Shown here piece after piece: positions 7,757 to 14,880 of a DNA stretch of 50,242 nt. Within the stretch, counting starts at the first letter, position 1; each line of letters starts with the position of its first letter. The notes beneath the pieces are model-generated. The model did not search any database, was not told the DNA's origin, and worked only from the letters and a program-made list of their open reading frames with translations. Origin of the DNA: Chloroflexota bacterium (GTDB lineage: Bacteria; Chloroflexota; Anaerolineae; Anaerolineales; UBA11579); contig JBDLJU010000002.1 of the NCBI GenBank assembly GCA_039714215.1, positions 1 to 50,242 on the forward strand, given 5' to 3'. The position numbers and the translations under genes were made by a program.

Positions 7757-9934
7757 TTAGCTGCTCTCTTCTAAGGCACCCTGGAGTGCGGAGCGCTGCT
7801 GTTCGCTGAGGCGCAGGAATTCAGTCACCTGGGGACCGCGGTACGGCTTAAAACGCGATGCCCGGTTTTTATTAAGATACGCCATCCCCGATGCATCCAG
7901 CCACTGCTGACCGCTCTGACCGGCATTGGCGGCAGCTTGATGGAATAAATTGATAATATCGAGGTTGACCAGCCCGGGGTATGGCTCTCCAATTTCAGGG
8001 GGTTTTGCCAGCGATTTTTTGTTATCGATCCCCAGGGCATCGACGACCAATTCAGCGACATCTTCACCAATCTGTTCGATTTTTTCAGCGGCCAGCCCGG
8101 CGAAACGCCCGGTGCGGTCGAGGTCCAGGTCGAGCAGTCCAGCCTGTTCCAGCAGCGACCAGCCTTCCCGGCCTAGGCGCTCTGCCGCCTGGAAAAAGGC
8201 CTCAATCACCTCCTGGTTGCTGAAGGTCGGGAACCAGGAGCGTTCTTCTTTCTCTTCTTCTACCGGTTGAGTAAGATCAACCTCCGGCAGCTGGTCTTCA
8301 AGGTGATCCGTATCCGGGTATTCAACCGTCGGTGCTGGCGGGATCACTTCTGGCAGTTCCAGCTCGACGAGTTCTTCCTCAATCTCCGCCTCTACAGGTA
8401 TCTCGACGGCAGGTTCAGGTTCCGGTTCAACTGGCGTCTCGGCAGGCGGTTCCCCTTCACCCTGGTCAAGATTGATTTGATCCTCTGGGATCACAATCGA
8501 GACGTTCAGCAGGCCAGCCAGATGCACTTTAATTTCCCAGCTTAACCCGGGCAAGTCCTCAATGATCGGACCTGAATACACCAGCTTGCGCGCATCCCCG
8601 AGCCCTTCTAAACCGGCAGCAGCGATCATCATCTGACCGTTAACATCAAGCTCAAGCGCCATCAGGTAAAAGGCATTAATCACTGCCTGGTTGTCCATCT
8701 CTGCGCCATAGGTCGGAGGCAGTCCAGGATCAATCACTTCTACTTCTGGCTCAGGAGTCTCTTCTTCCGGCAGTTCAACCTCCTCTTGCGATTCTGGAGG
8801 ATTGATTTCTTCGACGCCAAGATAGGCAGCGATCGCTTCTTTTTGTGCCCAGCTGAGACTGTGCAGTTCATTGAGCGCAGGTCCAGTATAGATTTGGGTG
8901 CGGTTTTTCCCAATGTAGCCCAGCCCAGCTTTCTCGACCAGATCCCAACCGCCGATATTCCCCAGGCTGGCGGCATAATAGAACGCGTTGACCATATCCT
9001 GGTGGGTGATCCCCAGTGCGGCAAAATTAAGACTGTAGCCTTCAATCGCTTTATAGAGCGCTCGTTTTTCGCGCTTGTTCAGGGGCAGTTCCTCAATCGC
9101 CGGTCCGTCGTAGGGACGCAGGCTGTTGCCAATCGGATCGACCAGGTAGCGCAGTTTGGTGCGCGCCACCCACTCGTCGGATGAGCCGCCCTGGGCATCG
9201 GCAGCATCAATCAACCCCGCCATCATGTCACCATTGGTGATCGCCGGCGGCACGGACCGCGGCGCATCAATCTTCAAGGATGCCTTCAGGCTGTCCAGGT
9301 CGCTGATGTAATAATTCAAATCCACACAGGCAGCCTCGTCTCTGATCCCCGGGACGACACCGCGGTTGGTATGCTGCCAGAAGGTCCAGCCCCTACCCCC
9401 CCAATTCTCTGCCGGCACCTTGGGCCGCTCCACCTTGTAGTTCGCAATCCACAATGGGTAGCGGGTCAGCTCCATGTTGTTACCCAAAAAATCCCGCCAG
9501 GTATAGAACTCGGTGTAAATTATCGGCAGGCGTCCGGTTGCCGCCTCTACAGTTTGCAGCCAGATCTTTACCCGCTGCTGGCGTTCTCTGCTGGATATTC
9601 TCTTATACTCGTTCTTGATAAAATCCGGGTAGACCTCAACATCCAGCACAGGCGGCAGGTCGGTCTTGTGCAGAATATCCCCGGCAATCCGCAAAAAATG
9701 CTGCGCCTGGGCGACAGGATCGGCCAGCGGTCGGAAAAAGTGATAGGCGCCGCGGATCAACCCCACCCGGCGCGCCTGCGTCCAGTTATAATCGAAACGC
9801 GAGTCCACGAAATTATCGCTTTCGGTACATTTCAGCACCGCATAGGTTACCCCGCTCTCTTTGACCCGTTTCCAATCGATTTGATTTTTGTAATGACTTA
9901 CATCTATTCCAGGAGCCTGCTTTCCATTCGTCAA
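7757..9934 (-). CDS. GH25 muramidase (lysozyme) with five C-terminal ~60-aa repeats and acidic Pro/Glu linkers; no signal peptide
   Basis: GH25 signature GIDVSHYKNQIDW...GAYHFFRP...DLPPVLDVE. The track start GTG 9967 is unlikely: a strong GGAAGGAGG sits inside it, 9 nt upstream of the TTG at 9932-9934 (MTNGKQAPGIDVSHY). The start codon remains uncertain (9934 or 9967). Confidence 0.8.
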   Translation of the reverse strand: MTNGKQAPGIDVSHYKNQIDWKRVKESGVTYAVLKCTESDNFVDSRFDYNWTQARRVGLIRGAYHFFRPLADPVAQAQHFLRIAGDILHKTDLPPVLDVEVYPDFIKNEYKRISSRERQQRVKIWLQTVEAATGRLPIIYTEFYTWRDFLGNNMELTRYPLWIANYKVERPKVPAENWGGRGWTFWQHTNRGVVPGIRDEAACVDLNYYISDLDSLKASLKIDAPRSVPPAITNGDMMAGLIDAADAQGGSSDEWVARTKLRYLVDPIGNSLRPYDGPAIEELPLNKREKRALYKAIEGYSLNFAALGITHQDMVNAFYYAASLGNIGGWDLVEKAGLGYIGKNRTQIYTGPALNELHSLSWAQKEAIAAYLGVEEINPPESQEEVELPEEETPEPEVEVIDPGLPPTYGAEMDNQAVINAFYLMALELDVNGQMMIAAAGLEGLGDARKLVYSGPIIEDLPGLSWEIKVHLAGLLNVSIVIPEDQINLDQGEGEPPAETPVEPEPEPAVEIPVEAEIEEELVELELPEVIPPAPTVEYPDTDHLEDQLPEVDLTQPVEEEKEERSWFPTFSNQEVIEAFFQAAERLGREGWSLLEQAGLLDLDLDRTGRFAGLAAEKIEQIGEDVAELVVDALGIDNKKSLAKPPEIGEPYPGLVNLDIINLFHQAAANAGQSGQQWLDASGMAYLNKNRASRFKPYRGPQVTEFLRLSEQQRSALQGALEESS
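7769..9238 (-). repeat. protein-level repeats (5 copies) within the GH25 gene
   Basis: Repeat cores: MMAGLIDAADAQGG..RPYDGPAIEELPL; MVNAFYYAASLGNIGGWDLVEKAGLGYIGKNRTQIYTGPALNELHSLSW; VINAFYLMALELDVNGQ..AAGLEGLGDARKLVYSGPIIEDLPGLSW; VIEAFFQAAERLGREGWSLLEQAGLLDL; IINLFHQAAANAGQSGQQWLDASGMAYLNKNRASRFKPYRGPQVTEFLRLS. Confidence 0.7.
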
Positions 9935-10085
9935 GGTTGCGGCCCTCCTTCCAATTGTGATTCTCACTCTCTTGTTGCAGGTTTAATGCCAGAGCGAGAC
10001 TTTTATCACAATGGGGTTGAAGTGCGATACAAATCAAGGTAAGATTGGTCTAAAATTATCAACATGGATAAATGAGGAGAAAGCA

Positions 10086-10454
10086 ATGGGCTGTATTGGC
10101 AACACGGTTTGGATGATTTTTGGCGGCTTTTTTGCCGGACTTGGCCACATCCTGGGAGGTTTACTGATCTCCCTGACTATCGTAGGGATTCCGATCGGCA
10201 AGCAGGCGATCAAGCTCGGGATGGCCACGATGGCGCCCTTCGGCCTGGAGATTGTGCCTTCAGAGCAAGCTGGAGAAGCATCCTATGTGATCATCAATGT
10301 CATCTGGGCGATCTTGTTTGGCTGGGAAATCGCCGTGACACATTTTATCGGTGGGATCATCCTGGGGATCACCGTCGTGGGAATCCCTTTCGCAAAGCAG
10401 CACTTTAAATTGATCCCCCTGGCAATGGCGCCTTTCGGACGCGAGCTTCGATAA
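10086..10454 (+). CDS. yccF: YccF-family inner membrane protein (DUF307, internally duplicated)
   Basis: ATG at 10086 is preceded by GAGGAGA (10074-10080). The half-repeats GIPIGKQAIKLGMATMAPFG and GIPFAKQHFKLIPLAMAPFG are characteristic of the family. Confidence 0.75.
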   Translation: MGCIGNTVWMIFGGFFAGLGHILGGLLISLTIVGIPIGKQAIKLGMATMAPFGLEIVPSEQAGEASYVIINVIWAILFGWEIAVTHFIGGIILGITVVGIPFAKQHFKLIPLAMAPFGRELR

Positions 10455-10484
10455 AGATTTCTTGTTTTAAGATAGACAGCATGC

Positions 10485-10514
10485 AGGAGAGCTAAGCCTC
10501 TCCTGTTTTTTTTG
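10485..10514 (+). terminator. rho-independent terminator of yccF, overlapping the 3' end of the convergent MFS gene
   Basis: caggagag-ctaagc-ctctcctg followed by T8. Confidence 0.7.
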
Positions 10515-11733
10515 TCCCCCGCTGCCGGCCCGCAGTGATTGCGAGAACCACCCCCATCGCAAATGAGGCGGCAGCAAAAAAGGTCAACATTCCTCGCGGT
10601 TCGACTCTGAAACTGTCCAGGAAAATCCCGGTAAGCAGCACCGAAGTCGAGTTCGCCAGGGTGAACAGCCCAAGGTCAATCGAGAACACTCTCCCCAGGA
10701 ACCGGTCCGGCACCTGGTACTGGATCAACACATTGCTGTAAGTCCAATTGATTGAAACTCCCATCATGCGGACCGCCGCACCCACGCAAACCACCCACAG
10801 CGATGGCGCCAGGGCAAAAATGATCCAACCCAGGGGGATCAGTAAATAGCTTTTCTGGATCAGCCCGCGCAGCTGCCCCGAAGTTGTCCCGCTGAAAACC
10901 CTGGCAATCAGCGGGCCGATGATCGAGCCCAGCCCGGCCGCCGCGAACATGATTCCCAGAGAGGTAGCCCCCTCCTCCCCCAGCGGGAAGTAGCGCTCAG
11001 CAAAAACGACCATGAGGATATCCCCGCTGCCAATCTGCCCGATGGACTTGATCATTACTAAAAAGCCCATCCCCCGTTCCTTAACCACATACTTAAAACC
11101 ATCAATCAAATCACGGAACCCGCTCGTTACAGCCTGCGTTTCAACCGCGGCCTGGTCATACTTCACCCGGAGCACCAGAACCGCAGAGACCAGGAAGGTC
11201 CCTGAGTCAATAACCAGGGCGGCTTCAGCGCCGAACAACCCGGCAACCACACCCCCGGCAGCGGCGCCCAGCGCCAGCATCGCAGACCAGGTAATGCTGC
11301 TGAGCACGTTGGCGGTGACCAGCTCTTCCTCGCCTTCCACCAAACCAGGCAAGATCGCCGAGGAGGCGGGCTCAAAGAAAGAAGCCACAATAAACTGCGC
11401 CACGGTGAGCGCGTAGATCAACCAGACCCGCTCGGGGCGGTCGACGAACAAGAAGCTTAGTACGATCCCGGCGCGAAGCACGTCGCTGGCGAACATCACC
11501 CACTTGCGGTTGACCCGGTCGGCGAGCACCCCCGCCAGCGGGCCGAGGAAAAAGCGCGGCAGCGTTTTAGCGATCAGTATCCAGCTGATCGCCAGATCTG
11601 TTTCAGTGTAGCGGTTGACGATCATCACACTGGCGATCGTGTTGAACCAATCCCCCAGCAGGCTGACCACCGAGGCAAACCACAGGTTGCGAAAACCTGG
11701 GCGCTTCTTAAGTAATTCGAGATATTCTTTCAT
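10492..11733 (-). CDS. MFS transporter (MFS_3 / EntS-like efflux type)
   Basis: 413 aa with about 12 TM helices. The N-terminus FRNLWFASVVSLLGDWFNTIA is typical of this MFS subfamily. Confidence 0.75.
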   Translation of the reverse strand: MKEYLELLKKRPGFRNLWFASVVSLLGDWFNTIASVMIVNRYTETDLAISWILIAKTLPRFFLGPLAGVLADRVNRKWVMFASDVLRAGIVLSFLFVDRPERVWLIYALTVAQFIVASFFEPASSAILPGLVEGEEELVTANVLSSITWSAMLALGAAAGGVVAGLFGAEAALVIDSGTFLVSAVLVLRVKYDQAAVETQAVTSGFRDLIDGFKYVVKERGMGFLVMIKSIGQIGSGDILMVVFAERYFPLGEEGATSLGIMFAAAGLGSIIGPLIARVFSGTTSGQLRGLIQKSYLLIPLGWIIFALAPSLWVVCVGAAVRMMGVSINWTYSNVLIQYQVPDRFLGRVFSIDLGLFTLANSTSVLLTGIFLDSFRVEPRGMLTFFAAASFAMGVVLAITAGRQRGTKKTGEA

Positions 11734-11748
11734 CTGGAGGTCTGGGTG

Positions 11749-12264
11749 TCAGTCAAGCCAGTGAGCACACAAATTATACGACTGAAGCAGCGCGCGGGTA
11801 TCCGCTTCGATAGTATCCCCATTGACCAGCACTTGATGCGGGATGAGCATCTCCTCCCAATAATCGTTCATGTACTCATACACTTCGGGGGTGATTGGGT
11901 TTCCCTGTGTGCTGCGGTCGTACAGCCGCGCTTTCAGGAGGAACTCATCCGCAGTTTTGACCCACACAAAACGGATGTCTGGCTGGAAACATTCGTAAAT
12001 CGTCTGGCGGAACTGCTCCTGGTAAATCCCCTGGCTGACCACGAAGTTGTTTGAACGCTTTTGAAAGCCGAAAATATCCGAGATCACCCGGTCATAATAC
12101 CTGGTCATGTCCAGCTCATGGAACGTGCGCGTATGGATCGCCCCCAACATTTTTTTATCAAAGTGAATATCGGCTTCTACATGAGAGATGCCGCAGTGCT
12201 CCTCGATTAAATTCCCCACGTAGGATTTTCCGGAACCCCAGGTGCCGATCAGAAAGATAATCAT
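11749..12264 (-). CDS. P-loop kinase-like protein (AAA_33 / gluconokinase-shikimate kinase-like fold)
   Basis: 171 aa with an N-terminal Walker A, IIFLIGTWGSGKSYVG. Substrate cannot be inferred. Confidence 0.5.
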   Translation of the reverse strand: MIIFLIGTWGSGKSYVGNLIEEHCGISHVEADIHFDKKMLGAIHTRTFHELDMTRYYDRVISDIFGFQKRSNNFVVSQGIYQEQFRQTIYECFQPDIRFVWVKTADEFLLKARLYDRSTQGNPITPEVYEYMNDYWEEMLIPHQVLVNGDTIEADTRALLQSYNLCAHWLD

Positions 12265-12343
12265 CGTGTCGTGAAAGTCTCCATGTTTGCTGCTAGAAAA
12301 CCAGTTATCCTATTCTATTACAAATTTCTAATTAGTCAAAAAT

Positions 12344-12910
12344 TTATTTCGATGTGCTGCCCAATGCCTTGATTGCCAATGCGATCAGCAGACCAATCAC
12401 CAGCAAAAAACTGCCCCCCACCAGCAGCCATTTGACCGGCGTAAACACAGATGACAGCCAGGCAAGCCAGGTTAGCTTTTGGGGATAAGCGGCCATCACC
12501 CCGCTGGCGGCAATATTTTCAAGGAAGTCAAAGAGCATCGCAAAGAGCGGAACCAGGTTGAGCATCATCCAGGGACTGTACTGATCGATTGTTTTCTTGA
12601 CCAGCAGGCTGGTCGCCGATGCCAGGAAAGCCGTGTAGACCAGCGGCCAGGCCACATCGAAGGTCCAGCGAGCGCGGATGTAGGCATCACGCCCCTCTTT
12701 GCCATACCCTTCGGCAATCTCGATAAGTTGATCAGGCGTGTAATACATGCTGGTGTCCACGGTGCCAACCTCCTCGCCAAATTGGTCAGCCTGGGCAGCC
12801 TGCCCCGGCAGAACCAGCGAAGTGAAGGCGATGAAGATTAACAGGGTGACCAGCACCACCTTCCCATTTGAAATTTTATGGAACCAGGCAGAAATTTTTT
12901 GCATGATCAT
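12344..12910 (-). CDS. membrane protein of unknown function
   Basis: 188 aa with an N-terminal anchor plus about four TM helices. ATGA start/stop overlap with the upstream thioesterase gene at 12907-12910. Confidence 0.6.
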   Translation of the reverse strand: MIMQKISAWFHKISNGKVVLVTLLIFIAFTSLVLPGQAAQADQFGEEVGTVDTSMYYTPDQLIEIAEGYGKEGRDAYIRARWTFDVAWPLVYTAFLASATSLLVKKTIDQYSPWMMLNLVPLFAMLFDFLENIAASGVMAAYPQKLTWLAWLSSVFTPVKWLLVGGSFLLVIGLLIALAIKALGSTSK

Positions 12911-13344
12911 TGTCCTTTGACTGGCTTATAGAAATTGGTCACCCGGACCGAGGAGAGCAGCTTTTTGCTCCTGTGATCGATAATCTCGACCTGGTGTACG
13001 ATCAAAGATTTTGAACGGCGCACGACACTGCCAACCGCCCTCACCTCTCCCTCGCTGGCAGAACGCACATGTGAGCCGCTGATCTCAATCCCCACCGGCT
13101 GAACCCTGGAAAGGTCAACACCCCAGGTGGCATGCACGCTGGCGGCCGTCTCGGCGAGCAGCATGCTGACCCCGCCGTGAAGCAGGCCGTATGGCTGGCG
13201 AGTTTTTTCGCTAATCGGCATGCGCAGTTCAATGTGATCTTCGTCGATATCGACCAGCTTGATCTCCAGATTTTCTACTGCCGTGTTGAGGTGAATGCGG
13301 TCAAAATCCTGCAGCCACAGCTCTTTATTGGTCGGAAATTCCAT
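12907..13344 (-). CDS. PaaI/YbdB-type hotdog-fold acyl-CoA thioesterase
   Basis: 145 aa. YGLLHGGVSMLLAETAASVHA motif with a typical hotdog C-terminus. Confidence 0.75.
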   Translation of the reverse strand: MEFPTNKELWLQDFDRIHLNTAVENLEIKLVDIDEDHIELRMPISEKTRQPYGLLHGGVSMLLAETAASVHATWGVDLSRVQPVGIEISGSHVRSASEGEVRAVGSVVRRSKSLIVHQVEIIDHRSKKLLSSVRVTNFYKPVKGQ

Positions 13345-13368
13345 CGGACGATCTCCTTGTTGATTGTG

Positions 13369-13956
13369 CTATCCTTCTACGCCCATTAAATAGCTGATCA
13401 AAATACTAACTACACCAGCTGTCACCGTTCTAATCCCGCTGACGATCAACCTGCCCCGAGAAATCATCCCAAGGAATATCCCCAGCCCAAATAAGGCCAA
13501 CAGCGCCATCGCGATTGAGGAATAGTAAGCCCAGGTGATTGATGGAAGCAGGGAAACAAAAAAGAAGGGGATTAAAACAATCACCGCGCCGAGGAAAGGG
13601 GAGAGCCCATCCACAACAGCCACGGCAACCACCGCTGTTTTGGAAGCGCGGCCCACCCTGGTATCATCCATATCGGTCAGCGTCTGGCGGCTTAATTCGT
13701 CCAATTCGCGCTCACGTTCTGCTGATTCTGTCAGGTAGGCACCCCATAGGCCCGAAACACCCATCGCCACACAGGTCGACATCCCGGTAATAACGACCAC
13801 TCTAGGATTGTCCACGCCCGCGGTCATGTTGCCCATTAACACGCCGATAATCGTCAGAACACCATCAAAAGCATTCATCGCGAAATAACGCCGGGCAATT
13901 TCGCTGAATTTTACCAGGCGGTCAAACTTACGAAAACGATCTATTAAGTTCGTCAA
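13369..13956 (-). CDS. short VIT1/CCC1-family membrane protein (TIGR00267-like; putative Fe/Mn transporter)
   Basis: 195 aa. FAMNAFDGVLTIIGVLMG, GVSGLWGAYLTESAERERE, and C-terminal TM helices. Lacks the N-terminal ferritin-like domain found in long VIT proteins. Confidence 0.6.
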   Translation of the reverse strand: MTNLIDRFRKFDRLVKFSEIARRYFAMNAFDGVLTIIGVLMGNMTAGVDNPRVVVITGMSTCVAMGVSGLWGAYLTESAERERELDELSRQTLTDMDDTRVGRASKTAVVAVAVVDGLSPFLGAVIVLIPFFFVSLLPSITWAYYSSIAMALLALFGLGIFLGMISRGRLIVSGIRTVTAGVVSILISYLMGVEG

Positions 13957-13968
13957 AATAATCCCAGA

Positions 13969-14256
13969 TTAGTCTTGTAGTGTTTCCGCATCGTCGATGA
14001 TCCGCGCCCCAGCGACGACCTCATCAATTGAGTGAATTGCTCCGCCCAGGTCCTGGATCAAAGCAGAGATTTGTTCATAATTGATATTGTCTCCTTCGAT
14101 GGTGATCTTGGCATTCTCAACCTTGTGGTCAATCTCATAAATGCTAATATTCACCGCAGCAACACCTGCAAGATCACTGATCTGGTCAGCCATATCGATG
14201 ATGCTCGGTTCATAAGGTTTTAACGTATCTAAAACTAACCTGCGAATTTGTGCCAT
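13969..14256 (-). CDS. DUF211-family protein (COG1888, mostly archaeal, function unknown)
   Basis: 95 aa. IRRLVLDTLKPYEPSIIDMA...GVAAVNISIYEIDHKVENAKITIEGDNINYEQI...LGGAIHSIDEVVAG matches the family pattern as I remember it. GGAGA sits 7 nt upstream of the ATG. Confidence 0.65.
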   Translation of the reverse strand: MAQIRRLVLDTLKPYEPSIIDMADQISDLAGVAAVNISIYEIDHKVENAKITIEGDNINYEQISALIQDLGGAIHSIDEVVAGARIIDDAETLQD

Positions 14257-14294
14257 TGTTTTATCTCCATGGATATATAGTTTCTCAAATTAAT

Positions 14295-14304
14295 ATCATA
14301 TGAT
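14295..14304. promoter_or_regulatory. perfect 10-bp palindrome ATCATATGAT in the divergent promoter region of the DUF211/VIT operon (candidate operator)
   Basis: Read directly from the sequence. Lies 39-48 nt upstream of the DUF211 start codon in an AT-rich region. Confidence 0.3.
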
Positions 14305-14399
14305 GAAATCTGGTTTCCTACCATCATAGAAAACAAGACAACCTCTAGATTAAATCAACTGGTATGATTAAACTATACCAAAAAATTGAGGACAAGAAC

Positions 14400-14810
14400 A
14401 TGAAAGAGAGCCGATTAGATTCATCTGGAATATTTAAAATCCTGGGGGTGGTCTATGCCCTATTTGGCGTCTTCGCCTTGCTCGGCTCAGTTTTCCTCTG
14501 GGGGCAGGGATTTATCCTCAATCCCCCCGAAGGAGTCGACCTGGCATTTCCCGTGGCAGACACATTGATCAATGCCCCCGCATCGATCCTCACCGGGATT
14601 GGCTTTTGGCGGATGCGCAAATGGGGTTTTGCCCTCGCCTGGTTCACCGCCGGGTTTTATCTCTACGCTTCGGTGGAAATCTTCGTACACGCCTTGCAGG
14701 AAGGGATCCTCACCAGTGCCCTGGAGATCACCATCCCGCAGGTCGCCGCTGTGCTGGTTGCGCTAGTCACGATGGTGGTAACCTGGAAAAATCGGGAGAA
14801 ATTTATTTAG
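14400..14810 (+). CDS. four-TM membrane protein of unknown function
   Basis: ATG at 14400 is preceded by GAGGA (14388-14392). The track start at 14364 lacks an SD sequence. Confidence 0.55.
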   Translation: MKESRLDSSGIFKILGVVYALFGVFALLGSVFLWGQGFILNPPEGVDLAFPVADTLINAPASILTGIGFWRMRKWGFALAWFTAGFYLYASVEIFVHALQEGILTSALEITIPQVAAVLVALVTMVVTWKNREKFI

Positions 14811-14880
14811 CATTCCCACATGCCCCGCTGCTGCAGGTCGGCCAAAGATTGCGAACCGAATAGTTTGTCAATCTAAAGAC

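Noticed and set aside
7757-9967. GH25 lysozyme as a marker of a prophage.
   Set aside because: No holin, portal, terminase, tail or integrase genes flank it. The neighbours are a lipoprotein, yccF and an MFS transporter, all with backbone-like composition.
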